From the NCBI GenBank assembly GCA_963706595.1, contig OY970166.1, positions 832,001-896,000 of the forward strand: a DNA stretch of 64,000 nucleotides. Reading direction: 5' to 3'. The notes beneath the pieces are model-generated. The model saw nothing but the letters and a program-made list of their open reading frames with translations, made no database searches and was not told where the DNA came from. A program made the translations under genes and the position numbers. Shown here one piece after another: positions 51,309-63,566 of the stretch (position 1 is the first letter of the stretch; each line of letters opens with the position of its first letter). The stretch comes from an uncultured cyanobacterium (GTDB lineage Bacteria > Cyanobacteriota > Cyanobacteriia > Cyanobacteriales > Nostocaceae).

Positions 51309-52340
51309 GTGCAAGATACCGAATCCATCAACGACCTAGCTGCGGCTTTGCAACAACCAGCCGACCTCAGCTTTGAACTTCCAGATCCAGAAGATGAAGA
51401 GATTTTAGAGTCAGATTTTCAAGAACAACTGGATGTAGCATGGCAGGTATGCGATCGCTTTGACCTGCAAACTGAAATCTGGCGGGGGCGAATATTACGG
51501 GCTATCCGTGACCGCGAAAAAAGAGGTGGTGACGGCAGAGGTACGGGATTTCTGCGATGGCTCAAAGAACACGAAATTAGTAAAAGTCAAGCTTACGCCT
51601 GGATTCAACTAGCTAATAGCGCTGATACTCTCCTCGAAGAAGGCAAACTTGACCCAACTTCAGTGAATAACTTTAGCAAACGGGCATTTATTGAAACCTC
51701 CAAAGCCGTCCCAGAAGTCCAACAGATGGTGAGTGAAGCCGCCCAAAAAGGCGACCAGATTACCAGAAGAGAAGTGCGCCAACTCACAGACGAATGGACG
51801 GCTATGTCCTCAGAGTTATTACCAGAATCAGTCAAGGTAAAAGCAGCCGACAACTCCCTTCCCTCGCGCTACATTGCCCCTCTGGTGAAGGAAATGGAAA
51901 AACTGCCAGAATCACACCAGAAGATCATTCACACCGAAATAGCAGCTAATCCTGACGTTGATACTCTCAAACAAGCAACTTCAGAGGCGCGTCATTTAGC
52001 TAAATATCTCAAATCAGCCGCCCAAGTCCAAGCACTGACACAGGCGGATATTGACATTGAAACAGCGTTAGAAGAAGCGCAAAGGATTGGCTGTTTGAGT
52101 ATAGCCGCCGATTTAGTCAATCAAGCCTCACAGATAGAACAAACCATTGCCAAGTTGTACATGACTTGGAAACGCATCGGTAATTTAGCAGATCGATTAT
52201 ATGTCGATACTGGTGCAAGTACACCCAACCTGCGATCGCTCCTGACTTGCATCGAACCCCTCGGTGGTGAAATCATGGAATTACAACTGAGTGGCGGTAC
52301 TGAACACACAATCCGCCTACAAATTCAGGAAACGAATTAG
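51309..52340 (+). CDS. Conserved cyanobacterial hypothetical protein
   Basis: 343-aa ORF; AWQVCDRFDLQTEIWRG block. Confidence 0.8.
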   Translation: MQDTESINDLAAALQQPADLSFELPDPEDEEILESDFQEQLDVAWQVCDRFDLQTEIWRGRILRAIRDREKRGGDGRGTGFLRWLKEHEISKSQAYAWIQLANSADTLLEEGKLDPTSVNNFSKRAFIETSKAVPEVQQMVSEAAQKGDQITRREVRQLTDEWTAMSSELLPESVKVKAADNSLPSRYIAPLVKEMEKLPESHQKIIHTEIAANPDVDTLKQATSEARHLAKYLKSAAQVQALTQADIDIETALEEAQRIGCLSIAADLVNQASQIEQTIAKLYMTWKRIGNLADRLYVDTGASTPNLRSLLTCIEPLGGEIMELQLSGGTEHTIRLQIQETN

Positions 52341-52409
52341 TCATTAGTCATTGGTCATTAGTCATTGGTCATTGGGGGGTCTTAATTTTCCCCCCTGCAC
52401 CCTGCCTCT

Positions 52410-52488
52410 TTCCCCCACTCCCCACTCCCCACTCCCCACTCCCCACTCCCCACTCCCCACTCCCCACTCCCCACTCCCTATTCCCTAT
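52410..52488. repeat. STRR array (CCCCACT)n
   Basis: Direct inspection. Confidence 0.9.
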
Positions 52489-53316
52489 TCAATTCTTAAT
52501 CCCTGTGGCGGCTATACCGCGTATAAACTGACGTTGACCGATAAGGAATAGCACCATCACCGGCACAGTCGCTATGGTGACAGCAGCCATCATCAGCGGC
52601 CAATTATTCGTGAATTGTTCTTGAAATTCTGCTAAAGCCAATTGCACAGTTCTTAATTCCGGTCGTGTCGTAAATACCAAAGGCTTAAACAAATCGTTCC
52701 ATTCAGCAATAAAGGTAAACAGGAATAGCGTCACCAGGGCGGGACGTGCTAAAGGTAACATGACTCGCCACAGAATTTGCAGCCGGTTCGCCCCATCGAT
52801 AGTTGCTGCTTCTTCCAACTCTACGGGAATTGTCTGGAAATACTGACGTAACAAGAAAATCCCAAAGCCATTGACAGCAGTTGGTAAAATCAGCGCCCCG
52901 TAAGTGTTTATCAGGTGTCCCCACTTTAAAACTAGGAAGATGGGAATCACCAATAATTGAAAGGGAATGACCAAAGTAGCCAAGACAATTAATAACAGCG
53001 CTTGTTTACCGCGAAACTTCAATCTGGCTAGGGCGTAACCAGCTAATGCAGATGTTACCATTTGAAAACCCGTCACAGCGATCGCGACTAAGGTAGAATT
53101 AGCAAACGCGAGTAAAAATTTACCTCGCTCCCAAGCATCACGGTAATTAGCTAAAGACCACTTAGTTTTAGGTGAAACTTCTAAAATAGCCCCTGGAGGT
53201 GCAAAAGAGGTGATAAAGACCACGAGCAACGGTAATAAGACAATAAATGCCCCCAATACCAGCACTCCTAATCTCAAGAAATTGGTAGATTTTAGATTCC
53301 AGTTGGTTTTGGACAT
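52489..53316 (-). CDS. Carbohydrate ABC transporter permease (MalG-type)
   Basis: EAA motif IPVELEEAATIDGA. Confidence 0.9.
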   Translation of the reverse strand: MSKTNWNLKSTNFLRLGVLVLGAFIVLLPLLVVFITSFAPPGAILEVSPKTKWSLANYRDAWERGKFLLAFANSTLVAIAVTGFQMVTSALAGYALARLKFRGKQALLLIVLATLVIPFQLLVIPIFLVLKWGHLINTYGALILPTAVNGFGIFLLRQYFQTIPVELEEAATIDGANRLQILWRVMLPLARPALVTLFLFTFIAEWNDLFKPLVFTTRPELRTVQLALAEFQEQFTNNWPLMMAAVTIATVPVMVLFLIGQRQFIRGIAATGIKN

Positions 53317-53492
53317 GAGTTGAGCGTTAAAGCATTTGTGTTCTATTACTAGAGCATTGCCCCCAGCAAAAGCTAATCTATAACATAGTGACTTGTTAAG
53401 TTAAATTAAACCATAGCGATGATTAACCTTAATAAATAGGTAAAATCGAATTTTTGTATCAAATGATTCAAGTTTACAGGAGTAAACATACC

Positions 53493-54188
53493 ATGCAACA
53501 ACTTGCAGCCGAATTAAAAATTGATTTTCAGACCGAAGAATACAAAGATGCCTACAGCCGCATTAATGCGATTGTGATTGAAGGCGAACAAGAAGCTCAT
53601 GACAATTACATCACATTGGGAGAAATGCTCCCAGAGCTTAAAGATGAACTGATTCGGTTATCGAAAATGGAAAGTCGCCACAAAAAGGGTTTTGAAGCTT
53701 GTGGGCGGAATCTGTCGGTAACACCAGATATGCCCTTTGCTCAGAAGTTTTTCAGTGGACTACACGAAAATTTCCAGAAAGCGGCGGCTGAAGGTCAAGT
53801 AGTGACTTGCTTACTGATTCAATCTTTGATTATTGAATGCTTTGCGATCGCAGCATACAACATCTACATTCCCGTAGCCGATGATTTTGCCCGTAAAATC
53901 ACAGAGGGAGTAGTAAAAGATGAATACAGTCACCTCAACTTTGGGGAAGTTTGGTTAAAAGAAAACTTTGCAGAATCCAAAGAGGAATTAGAAGCAGCTA
54001 ATCGCCAAAACCTGCCCATTGTTTGGAGAATGCTCAACGAAGTCGCAGATGATGCTCACGTCTTAGCAATGGAAAAAGAAGCTTTGGTCGAAGACTTCAT
54101 GATTCAGTACGGTGAAACTTTGAATAACATTGGCTTCACTACCAGAGACATCATGAAAATGTCAGCCTACGGACTCACCGCCGCTTAA
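53493..54188 (+). CDS. ado: Aldehyde-deformylating oxygenase
   Basis: [23 protein letters not shown]; ExxH di-iron motifs. Confidence 0.97.
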   Translation: MQQLAAELKIDFQTEEYKDAYSRINAIVIEGEQEAHDNYITLGEMLPELKDELIRLSKMESRHKKGFEACGRNLSVTPDMPFAQKFFSGLHENFQKAAAEGQVVTCLLIQSLIIECFAIAAYNIYIPVADDFARKITEGVVKDEYSHLNFGEVWLKENFAESKEELEAANRQNLPIVWRMLNEVADDAHVLAMEKEALVEDFMIQYGETLNNIGFTTRDIMKMSAYGLTAA

Positions 54189-54339
54189 TTAAGTGCTGAG
54201 TCATTAAAACCTGCAATTGAGCATTGCCTGTCACCCTGATGCATCTTACGCTTTGTTTCCTCTTTTTCAGGATTTGATCAATTTGAAATGATAATCCGAC
54301 AGATACCATCTGGGAAACTAGGATAGAGTCGGATTTTCT

Positions 54340-54435
54340 TAATTACGAATTACGAATTACGAATTACGAATTACGAATTACGAATTACAAATTACGAATT
54401 ACAAATTACGAATTACGAATTACGAATTACGAATT
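54340..54435. repeat. Heptamer tandem repeat (AATTACG)n, about 13 units
   Basis: Direct inspection. Confidence 0.95.
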
Positions 54436-54499
54436 GGTATTTAATTCTTGCCCACTTATTCAACGCTTTCGACAAAGCACACGCCTAATACATCAATAC

Positions 54500-55537
54500 A
54501 TGTTTGGTCTAATTGGACATTTGACTAGTTTAGAACACGCTCAATCGGTAGCCAAAGAATTGGGTTATCCAGAATATGCCGATCAAGGGCTAGATTTTTG
54601 GTGCAGCGCCCCGCCGCAAATTGTCGATGAAATCACAGTTACCAGTATAACTGGGCAGACAATTGAAGGACGGTATGTAGAATCTTGTTTTTTGCCGGAA
54701 ATGTTGGCTAATCGCCGCATCAAGGCCGCAACACGCAAAATTCTCAACGCTATGGCTCATGCTCAAAAACATGGCATAAATATCACTGCTTTAGGGGGAT
54801 TTTCCTCAATTATTTTTGAGAACTTTAAATTAGAGCAGTTTAGCCAAGTCCGCAATATCAAACTAGAGTTTGAACGCTTCACCACCGGAAATACTCACAC
54901 GGCTTACATTATTTGTCGCCAAGTGGAACAAGCGTCGAAACAAATAGGAATTGATTTGTCGAAAGCGACTGTTGCTATATGTGGCGCAACGGGAGATATT
55001 GGCAGCGCCGTTACACGCTGGCTAGATGCCAGAACAGATGTTAAGGAACTTTTGCTCATCGCCCGCAATCATGAACGTCTCAAAGACCTACAAGACGAAC
55101 TGGGGCGAGGAAAAATCATGGCTTTGGATGAAGCATTACCTGAAGCTGATATTGTAGTTTGGGTTGCTAGTATGCCCAAAAGCATGGAAATTGATTTTCA
55201 AGTCTTGAAGCGGCCTTCTTTGCTGATTGATGGCGGCTATCCGAAAAACTTAGCGACTAAAATTCAATATCCTGGTGTCCACGTTCTAAACGGTGGGATT
55301 GTCGAACATTCTCTTGATATTGACTGGAAGATTATGAAAATAGTCAATATGGATGTGCCAGCCCGCCAGTTGTTTGCTTGTTTTGCCGAATCGATGCTGC
55401 TGGAATTTGAGAAGTTATACACGAACTTTTCTTGGGGGCGGAATCAGATTACCGTAGACAAAATGGAGCAGATTGGTCAAGCATCAATCAAACACGGTTT
55501 TAGACCACTGCTAGTTGAGTCCTTAGTCGTTAACTAG
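54500..55537 (+). CDS. aar: Long-chain acyl-ACP reductase
   Basis: [28 protein letters not shown]; follows ado. Confidence 0.97.
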   Translation: MFGLIGHLTSLEHAQSVAKELGYPEYADQGLDFWCSAPPQIVDEITVTSITGQTIEGRYVESCFLPEMLANRRIKAATRKILNAMAHAQKHGINITALGGFSSIIFENFKLEQFSQVRNIKLEFERFTTGNTHTAYIICRQVEQASKQIGIDLSKATVAICGATGDIGSAVTRWLDARTDVKELLLIARNHERLKDLQDELGRGKIMALDEALPEADIVVWVASMPKSMEIDFQVLKRPSLLIDGGYPKNLATKIQYPGVHVLNGGIVEHSLDIDWKIMKIVNMDVPARQLFACFAESMLLEFEKLYTNFSWGRNQITVDKMEQIGQASIKHGFRPLLVESLVVN

Positions 55538-55622
55538 GACTTCTAAGTAAATCACAGCCTATAGTCCATGCCCTACATCCCCACCTTAAATAACTCCACA
55601 CTCAACACTCTTAACTTGTACG

Positions 55623-56603
55623 ATGGCAACTACCGAGCGCAAACCACTACTGTTAGATTTTGAAAAGCCACTAGCAGAACTGGCAAACCGAATTGATCAA
55701 ATTCGGCAACTTGCAGAAGAAAATGGCGTTGATGTTTCTGGTGAAATTCGCAAACTAGAAGCACGGGCTATGGAACTACGGGAGGAAATTTTTAGTAATT
55801 TATCACCGTCTCAGCGCCTGCAAGTAGCTCGTCATCCTCGTCGCCCTAGTACTCTTGATTACATTCAGGCCATTAGTGATGAATGGATGGAGTTACATGG
55901 CGATCGCTGCGGTGGTGACGATCCAGCCTTAGTTGGTGGTGTAGGTCGTTTGGGCGGGCAACCAGTGGTAATGTTAGGTCATCAAAAAGGCCGCGATACT
56001 AAAGATAATGTCGCCCGTAACTTCGGTATGGCTTCCCCTGGTGGTTATCGTAAAGCGCTGCGCTTGATGGAACACGCCAATAAATTTGGAATGCCAATTA
56101 TCACTTTTATCGACACCCCCGGCGCTTGGGCAGGCATCGAAGCCGAACACCAAGGACAAGGGGAAGCGATCGCCTATAATTTACGGGAAATGTTTTGCTT
56201 TGATGTGCCAATTATCTGCACAGTCATTGGCGAAGGTGGTTCTGGTGGTGCTTTAGGTATTGGCGTAGGCGATCGCCTGATGATGTTTGAACACGCCGTT
56301 TATACCGTTGCTACCCCCGAAGCCTGTGCCGCCATTCTGTGGAAAGATTCTAGCAAATCTCCCCAAGCAGCTGTGGCTCTCAAAATTATTTCCCATGACC
56401 TAAAAAACTTGGGCATCATCGACGAAATATTACCTGAACCCACTGGTGGCGCTCATTCTGACCCACTCAAAGCCGCCACAACCCTCAAGCAAAGCTTATT
56501 AGACAACTTAGACCAACTCAATCGGTTAACATCTCCAGAACGTCGGCAACTACGCTATGAAAAATTCCGCAAAATTGGTGTTTTTACTGAAGTTGCCCAC
56601 TAA
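55623..56603 (+). CDS. accA: Acetyl-CoA carboxylase carboxyltransferase alpha
   Basis: [26 protein letters not shown]. Confidence 0.97.
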   Translation: MATTERKPLLLDFEKPLAELANRIDQIRQLAEENGVDVSGEIRKLEARAMELREEIFSNLSPSQRLQVARHPRRPSTLDYIQAISDEWMELHGDRCGGDDPALVGGVGRLGGQPVVMLGHQKGRDTKDNVARNFGMASPGGYRKALRLMEHANKFGMPIITFIDTPGAWAGIEAEHQGQGEAIAYNLREMFCFDVPIICTVIGEGGSGGALGIGVGDRLMMFEHAVYTVATPEACAAILWKDSSKSPQAAVALKIISHDLKNLGIIDEILPEPTGGAHSDPLKAATTLKQSLLDNLDQLNRLTSPERRQLRYEKFRKIGVFTEVAH

Positions 56604-56977
56604 TCCTGCGAGAAAATAACCGCTTTACTCATCAGCAATGCTATAATGCCTATGGCTACTTAAAGATTTTTAACAATCTCAATAGCCATAGGTTTTTGTA
56701 TTTTAAGCAAATCAACTTGATTTGATTCAGTGATTTGCCTGTTATTCAGTAATCACATTTAAATCTATGACATAATTTCCCAGTTAAACATTTGTTATCC
56801 TGACTGGGAAAATACCTGACGGGAAAAAATACCCACGCTGACGGAAAAAATTAGTAGTTAGTTATCAACCGGAAATCATCGGAAATTCAGGTTAGTTAAA
56901 TTTAACCAATCCGCAAGATTTGGATAATTGGCTGGTGGAAAAAAGCTTTCAGAACTGCCAAAAAATTTGGAGACAGC

Positions 56978-57700
56978 ATGAGTCTTGAGAAACGACGCGC
57001 CCTGATTACTGGGGCTAGTAGTGGAATTGGCAAAGCAACGGCTTTAGCATTTGCCAAGGCGGGAATTGATGTCGCCTTAGTCAGCCGTTCTTTGGATAAG
57101 TTGGAGACAGTAGCCCAAGCAGCTAGGCATACCGGAGTAACAGCCAAAGCTTACGCTGTTGATCTTGCTAATGTCACTCAAGTCAAAGCCAAAATCGAGG
57201 CGATCGCCCTTGACTTTGGGGGCATAGATATCTTGGTAAACAATGCGGGCATAGCATACACAGCCAACTTAAGTGAAACCCCCTTAGAAGATTGGCAGCA
57301 AGTAATCAACTTGAACCTCACCAGCGTATTTCAATGCATGATGGGAATTCTGCCCGGAATGCGCGATCGCCACACAGGCACAATCATTAACGTAGCCTCA
57401 ATTGCCGCCAAGCAACCCTTTCCCGGTTGGGGAGCATACAGCGTCAGCAAAGCAAGTATCATGGTACTTTCGCAAACCTTGGCACAAGAAGAACGCGCCC
57501 ACGGCATTCGTGTCACAGCCATTTGTCCTGGTGCTGTCAACACCGAACTGTGGGACACAAAAACCGTCCAGTCCAATTTTGACCGTTCAAAAATGTTAAC
57601 GCCAGAAGTTGTTGCTCAATCAATTCTCTACGCAGCTTTACTACCACAGCAAGCCGTCATTGACGAATTGACCCTAATGCCCAGTGCTGGCGCTCTTTAA
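56978..57700 (+). CDS. Short-chain dehydrogenase/reductase
   Basis: TGASSGIG, NNAG, YSVSK. Confidence 0.92.
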   Translation: MSLEKRRALITGASSGIGKATALAFAKAGIDVALVSRSLDKLETVAQAARHTGVTAKAYAVDLANVTQVKAKIEAIALDFGGIDILVNNAGIAYTANLSETPLEDWQQVINLNLTSVFQCMMGILPGMRDRHTGTIINVASIAAKQPFPGWGAYSVSKASIMVLSQTLAQEERAHGIRVTAICPGAVNTELWDTKTVQSNFDRSKMLTPEVVAQSILYAALLPQQAVIDELTLMPSAGAL

Positions 57701-57783
57701 CTCTTTGCGCCTAGTGCGTGAGAAACATAGCTATTCTCAATCAACAACGCTAATAATTCAAACCTTAGCCAAGTAATCACATC

Positions 57784-58491
57784 ATGACTATTGCGAGTTC
57801 CAACGGTTCCAATCGCTCCAAATCTCCTCTCAGCCCCGACTTAGTAGAAGCCATCAGCCCCAAACCCGACCGCAACACCCATAACGGACGACAACCGAAT
57901 TTGCACCCACCGTCAGCGGAAGAAATGGAGTCAATGATGGAGGGCGTAAGAGCAATCATAGTAGGCGTGGGAGAAGACCCCGAAAGAGAAGGACTGCTAA
58001 AAACACCCAAACGTGTAGCAGAAGCCATGCAGTTTCTCACCAGTGGCTACAACCAATCTCTAGAAGAACTCCTTAACGATGCCATCTTTGATGAAGGTCA
58101 TAACGAGATGGTATTAGTCCGGGATATTAACTTCTTTAGCCTCTGCGAACACCACATGCTGCCTTTTATGGGTAAAGCCCACGTTGCTTATATCCCCAAC
58201 CAAAAAGTTGTCGGGTTAAGTAAACTGGCTCGGATTGTCGAGATGTATTCTCGACGTTTACAAGTGCAAGAAAGATTAACCCGTCAAATAGCCGAAGCAA
58301 TTCAGACTATTCTCGAACCTCAAGGTGTAGCAGTTGTCATGGAAGCTACCCATATGTGCATGGCAATGCGCGGTGTGCAAAAACCCGGTTCTTGGACTGT
58401 CACCAGCTCAATGGTTGGGGCATTTGAAGAAGATCAAAAAACTCGTGAAGAATTCTTTAACTTGATTCGTCACCAACCCTCATTTTACTAG
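57784..58491 (+). CDS. folE: GTP cyclohydrolase I
   Basis: [32 protein letters not shown]. Confidence 0.97.
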   Translation: MTIASSNGSNRSKSPLSPDLVEAISPKPDRNTHNGRQPNLHPPSAEEMESMMEGVRAIIVGVGEDPEREGLLKTPKRVAEAMQFLTSGYNQSLEELLNDAIFDEGHNEMVLVRDINFFSLCEHHMLPFMGKAHVAYIPNQKVVGLSKLARIVEMYSRRLQVQERLTRQIAEAIQTILEPQGVAVVMEATHMCMAMRGVQKPGSWTVTSSMVGAFEEDQKTREEFFNLIRHQPSFY

Positions 58492-58526
58492 TGATTAGGG
58501 AGTGGGGAGTGGGGAGTGGGGAATTT

Positions 58527-58678
58527 AAGAGGCAGGGGAGCAGGGAGCAGGGAGCGGGGGTGAGTTAGAAATTACTTGACATTCTAGGCTGGCTGCTTAA
58601 TAACTTTTCCTCTTCTCCCCTGCACCCTGCCCCCTTTCCTCTTCTCCCCTGCCCCCTGCCCCCTTTCCTCTTCTCCCC
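58527..58678 (+). repeat. ~110-bp dispersed hairpin element, diverged copy D
   Basis: Same arms; core GAAATTACTTGACATTCTAGG. Confidence 0.7.
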
Positions 58679-58691
58679 TACTCCCTACTCC

Positions 58692-59324
58692 CTACTCCCT
58701 ACTCCCTAAATTCTCAAACAACAGTGCTACTTTATCTAAATCCTTATCACCGGGTTTAAGTTCTACACCGCTAGATAAATCTATCCCGTCGGGTTTGACT
58801 TGATTTAAGGCAGTCACTACATTATCTGGCGTTAGTCCCCCAGCTAATAACCAAGGACAACTGGGTTGAAATTGTTCTAACATCTGCCAGTCTAGAGTTT
58901 GTCCTGTACCTCCCAACTGTTGGGGATGATAAGCATCAAGTAGTAAGGTGTCTATATATTTGGTGTAATTCGAGGCTTGAGCCAAATGTTCAAGACTGCG
59001 AACTCTAAAAGCCTTAAGAATTTCTACATTTGGGAGACTTTGACGTAACAGTGAGCAAAATTCTGGGGATTCGTCTCCGTGTAACTGAACACCAGTCAAT
59101 CCAGAATCGATCACTATTTGGCTAATTTCCGAAATGCTCGTATTGGCAAAAACTCCGATTTTGTCAATATTTGACGGTAATTGCGCCACCAACTCCCGAA
59201 TTTGCTGTGAGGTAACGTAGCGGGGTGAGGTGGGTACACAAATAAATCCTAGTGCAGTTGCGCCCAGATTGGCGATCGCTACAGACTGTTGAAGTTGAGT
59301 AATGCCGCAAATTTTAACCCGCAT
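58692..59324 (-). CDS. trpF: Phosphoribosylanthranilate isomerase
   Basis: [29 protein letters not shown]. Confidence 0.95.
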   Translation of the reverse strand: MRVKICGITQLQQSVAIANLGATALGFICVPTSPRYVTSQQIRELVAQLPSNIDKIGVFANTSISEISQIVIDSGLTGVQLHGDESPEFCSLLRQSLPNVEILKAFRVRSLEHLAQASNYTKYIDTLLLDAYHPQQLGGTGQTLDWQMLEQFQPSCPWLLAGGLTPDNVVTALNQVKPDGIDLSSGVELKPGDKDLDKVALLFENLGSRE

Positions 59325-59449
59325 ATAAATTTTAGATATTGGTAACTGAAAATAAAGGTCGAAAATTCACGAATAATTTTCGGTTGTTTGCTGTGGAACT
59401 TTATAATTTTGGAGGACTACATTAATTTTGTCATTTAGGAGATACCAGT

Positions 59450-59701
59450 TTGTTTTTATCAACCTTACTAGCCGCCGCATCTGTTCCCGTGACACCCGAA
59501 TGGACTCCCACGGTAGGAATCATTATTAGCGCTAGCAGCTTTGTAGTTCTTTTGCTAACTCTCAAAATTCAGTATCCTTTGGTAGGCCCCAAGTTGCCTA
59601 TCCTGCCTATCAGCATTCCCGCATTTATCGGCGCAATGGCTTTCGGTCATGTGGTCGGCATTGGTATTGTCTTAGGGCTGACTAATATCGGTCGTCTGTA
59701 G
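59450..59701 (+). CDS. psaK: Photosystem I subunit PsaK (divergent paralog 1)
   Basis: [26 protein letters not shown] and TTG start. Confidence 0.85.
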   Translation: MFLSTLLAAASVPVTPEWTPTVGIIISASSFVVLLLTLKIQYPLVGPKLPILPISIPAFIGAMAFGHVVGIGIVLGLTNIGRL

Positions 59702-59718
59702 ATTTAGCAGTTAGGGAC

Positions 59719-59980
<262 letters not shown>

Positions 59981-60148
59981 CATGGAACTATTGAATTTAG
60001 CATGGTCAGATTTTTTGTAATCACTCCCACAGAAGAGGGAGAAACTAACCTTCCCTTTGAGGGAGGATTCGGTAACTTCATCCGGCGGAGTATTTACATG
60101 GCTGAGAACTGACAGCTAAATCAGTCTGTTCATGCAGGAGAAAGAACC

Positions 60149-60433
60149 ATGATCTCATTCTCATCAATGTTATTCGCAGTCCAAGTTACTGTTCCCAATA
60201 CCGGCACTACATGGAATTGGATTGGCACTCCCATTATTATTGGCAGTTGTCTATTATGCCTTCTGATTATTCCCCGCACTATTAGCTACCCTCACGTTGG
60301 GAATAAAATGCCTTTACCTTTTCCAGGACTTTTCAACAATCCCAGCGTCGGTTCCTTCCTGGCGGCTATGAGTGCTGGCCATCTGATTGGTATCGGTGCT
60401 GTTTTGGGCTTGACCAATCTCGGCATTATTTGA
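60149..60433 (+). CDS. psaK: Photosystem I subunit PsaK (divergent paralog 2)
   Basis: [26 protein letters not shown]. Confidence 0.8.
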   Translation: MISFSSMLFAVQVTVPNTGTTWNWIGTPIIIGSCLLCLLIIPRTISYPHVGNKMPLPFPGLFNNPSVGSFLAAMSAGHLIGIGAVLGLTNLGII

Positions 60434-60607
60434 CGGCGGAAATCCCCACCCTCAGCTATTTGTCCTGGGGGTCGGGAATATGTCAACCTAGAAGTTAGGA
60501 CATCTCAGACTATTTTGGATTTGAGATTTGGAATTAAATTTTATGTATAAAAAAACTGCACATTTTTAGGATTAATTTCGGCAAATATTTAGTTTTAGGA
60601 GAATATA

Positions 60608-61804
60608 GTGCAAACAAATTGGCGCATCGGGTCATTACTTGGCATCCCGTTATTTTTAGACCCACTGTGGTTTGTAATTTTAGGGCTGGCTACGCTTAAT
60701 TTTGGTATAGCTTACCAGGAATGGGGTACTGCTATCGGTTGGAGTGCTGGAATGGTGATGGCATTGCTGCTGTTTGCTTCGGTATTATTACACGAGTTGG
60801 GTCACAGTTTGGCGGCGCGATCGCAAGGTATTAGAGTAAACTCAATTACTCTGTTTATGTTTGGTGGGGTGGCGGCTATTGAAGAAGAATCAAAAACCCC
60901 AGGAAAAGCCTTTCAAGTCGCCATCGCCGGACCTTTAGTAAGTATTGCCCTCTTTTTGCTATTTAGCCTAGCTACTAACATTACGCCCGCATCTACCCCC
61001 CTTTCGGCAATGGTGACAGATTTGGCGAGAATTAATTTAGTTGTCGCCTTATTTAACCTGATTCCCGGTTTACCTCTAGATGGGGGACAAGTTTTAAAAG
61101 CCGCCCTGTGGAAAATCTCAGGGAACCGCTTTCAAGCTGTACATTGGGCTGCGAGGTCTGGGCAGATTTTAGGTTATAGTGCGATCGCTCTAGGATTAGC
61201 TGTAGACTTCTTCACCAGAGAGTTAATTACTGGTTTGTGGATTGCTTTAATCGGTTGGTTTGCTGTGCGGAATGCTAACAGCTATGATCGCGTCACCACA
61301 TTACAAGAAACTCTACTCAAGGTAATCGCCAGCGATGTGATGACTCGTGATTTTCGCGTAGTCGATGCTGACCAAACTTTACGTGCTTTTGCCGATTCCT
61401 ACCTATTGGACAGCAACGCCCCAAGTATTTATTTTGCTGTATCTGATGGACGTTACCGGGGTATGGTTTCCATTGACGATTTACGCTTAGTAGAAAGAAG
61501 CGAGTGGGAAAACCGCACTGTGCAAAGTATTGTCCATCCTTTAACAGAAATTCCCTCTGTAACTGAATCGATTTCTTTAGCTGAGGTGATAAATAAGTTG
61601 GAAAATGAGCAGTTACCGCGAATTACTGTGCTTTCGCCTGCTGGTACAGTAGCCGGTGTCATTGACCGGGGTGATGTTGTGCGGGAATTAGCGCAAAAGT
61701 TAAGTTTACGCATTACCGATGAGGAAATTAAGCGGATTAAAGAAGAAGGTAGTTATCCGCCAGGGTTGCAATTGGGGGCGATTGCGAAATCAGCGACAAA
61801 TTAA
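60608..61804 (+). CDS. Site-2 protease (M50) with CBS domains
   Basis: HELGH, NLIPGLPLDGG, C-terminal CBS pair. Confidence 0.93.
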   Translation: MQTNWRIGSLLGIPLFLDPLWFVILGLATLNFGIAYQEWGTAIGWSAGMVMALLLFASVLLHELGHSLAARSQGIRVNSITLFMFGGVAAIEEESKTPGKAFQVAIAGPLVSIALFLLFSLATNITPASTPLSAMVTDLARINLVVALFNLIPGLPLDGGQVLKAALWKISGNRFQAVHWAARSGQILGYSAIALGLAVDFFTRELITGLWIALIGWFAVRNANSYDRVTTLQETLLKVIASDVMTRDFRVVDADQTLRAFADSYLLDSNAPSIYFAVSDGRYRGMVSIDDLRLVERSEWENRTVQSIVHPLTEIPSVTESISLAEVINKLENEQLPRITVLSPAGTVAGVIDRGDVVRELAQKLSLRITDEEIKRIKEEGSYPPGLQLGAIAKSATN

Positions 61805-61859
61805 TAGAATACAGAACCTCACCCCCAACCCCTCTCCTTACTAAGGAGAGGGGAGACTG

Positions 61860-62078
61860 TCAAGTTTTCCCGTTGAATAATTGTTTTAAGGTTTCTGGGA
61901 GGTTGGTGATTTCTTGGATGAGGTCGTCGGGACTAAAGCCAAACATATTCAGAATAACAAGAATTACAAAAATAGCGATCGCACTACTCAAAAATGTCTT
62001 GAATACTTTGAGAAAAGCTCGAAAAATGATCAACGCGACAATTAAGGCCGCAATGAGAATTATTATATTAGTGGGCAT
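61860..62078 (-). CDS. Small two-TM hypothetical protein
   Basis: Two hydrophobic helices. Confidence 0.6.
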   Translation of the reverse strand: MPTNIIILIAALIVALIIFRAFLKVFKTFLSSAIAIFVILVILNMFGFSPDDLIQEITNLPETLKQLFNGKT

Positions 62079-62109
62079 AAGTAATTAAGTCTGTATAAAT
62101 CTAATTTTT

Positions 62110-62430
62110 TTAGCTTTGGATAGAAGCGATCGCGATCGCGACATCCTCACGAGTTCCCCCTACAGCTAAAATTGTTTTTACCATCAAATCTAGAGAAACT
62201 GAAGGATCTCCCGCTTCCATCTTGGCTACACGCGATTGACTGGAATTAATTTTCTTAGCCAAATTCGCCTGAGAAAGCTGGTTTTTTAAGCGCAGTTCCT
62301 TCAAATATCTACTTAAAGATAGCTTCATTTCGATAAAAGCTACTTCTTCGGGTAAAAGTTCTAGAAAGTCAGCCGCATCTCCGACACACCAACCAGCTGC
62401 TTCCAAACGTTGACGCTTTACTATATCCAT
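62110..62430 (-). CDS. XRE-family HTH protein (HigA-like)
   Basis: LEAAGW.VG.A.DFL, LSQANLAKKINSSQSRVAKME. Confidence 0.8.
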   Translation of the reverse strand: MDIVKRQRLEAAGWCVGDAADFLELLPEEVAFIEMKLSLSRYLKELRLKNQLSQANLAKKINSSQSRVAKMEAGDPSVSLDLMVKTILAVGGTREDVAIAIASIQS

Positions 62431-62560
62431 ATATGTTCTCGAATAAATTAACTCTCCTGCTTGTATTTTTGTTTTTATGTCAAATCTGATATAAAAATAC
62501 TATAGCAGCAATATGATGGCGATCGCACAAAAAGAAACTCAAGTTGCGTTACGCTTCTTC

Positions 62561-62753
62561 AGAGGTTGTTTAAAAAGTTTAATTTATTACAGCCCTGGCG
62601 ACTAGAAGTCGCGGCTATACAAACTAAACCCGCACTTCGACAAGCTCAGTGACCACCTGCGCGGGTTAAAAAACCATTTTTTCATTAGTCCACGCAGGTG
62701 GACTTTGCCTGTGTAGTAGCGAATTCTATTCGCCCAAAACTTTTAAAACTCTC
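62561..62753. mobile_element. Nested miniature element
   Basis: Outer AGAGGTTGTTTAAAAAGTTT / AAACTTTTAAAACTCTC, inner module shared with 23429-23546, itself interrupted by ACTTCGACAAGCTCAGTGACC. Confidence 0.65.
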
Positions 62754-63498
62754 AAACTTTTGCCAAAATTTCATCCCATTCAGACTGGGAGAGGGGTTGT
62801 ACTTGTATCTGCATCGCAAAACAATCACAAGCTGCTGTGATTAAAGCGGTAATAATTTTATCTAAACTTAAATTTTGGGGTAGTTGTATTTTCGTAAAAG
62901 ATTCTGCACCAAACACCTCAGCAAATAATTCTGCATCTGGCTGTAAACGGATGGAACCATGTTGCAAAATTACTTCACCCCGTCGCAGTTGGGCGCTACC
63001 AATGAGTTTACCTCCATCTGGTAAGACTAAATCTGCACTTGTAGCTGTACCAAAACAATTGGGGTTGTGGATATAGCCCCGCCCAGCTGTACCGTAGCGC
63101 AATTCTACACCAAGCGATCGCCATCCTTGAATTAAAAACTCACAAATCTTTTCATATATCTGGAAACGGCTACCAGGTATTTTAGACGTAATCACCGCAT
63201 AAGTTAAATCACCTTGATGTAGAACCGCCCTACCGCCAGTAGGACGACGCACCAAATCTAGTTTTTGTCCTCTCCAAGTCAAATTTTGCCAAAATTCCGG
63301 GTATTGGCGTTGATGATAGCCGAGAGAAATTGCAGGTGGCGACCAAGTATAAAATCGCAGAGTTGGGGGATGCTTTCCAGATTTGTGCTGTTCTAACAAC
63401 CATCTGTCAATCGCCATCTGCACATCGCCAGAAGCTTCTAGCAAAGGAATCAGTCGCCAAACCTGCTTACCATCAAAGTTTTCAATTGGGTTCAACAC
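62752..63498 (-). CDS. Lipoate-protein ligase/octanoyltransferase family protein
   Basis: MAIDRWL, VRRPTGGRAVLH, KLIGSAQ, QHGS. Confidence 0.9.
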   Translation of the reverse strand: MLNPIENFDGKQVWRLIPLLEASGDVQMAIDRWLLEQHKSGKHPPTLRFYTWSPPAISLGYHQRQYPEFWQNLTWRGQKLDLVRRPTGGRAVLHQGDLTYAVITSKIPGSRFQIYEKICEFLIQGWRSLGVELRYGTAGRGYIHNPNCFGTATSADLVLPDGGKLIGSAQLRRGEVILQHGSIRLQPDAELFAEVFGAESFTKIQLPQNLSLDKIITALITAACDCFAMQIQVQPLSQSEWDEILAKV

Positions 63499-63566
63499 TA
63501 ATATTTAGAGGAGTGCAAGCAATACAATTTGGAACAGTTCAAAGGACAAAGCCTGGGTCAAGGCAT

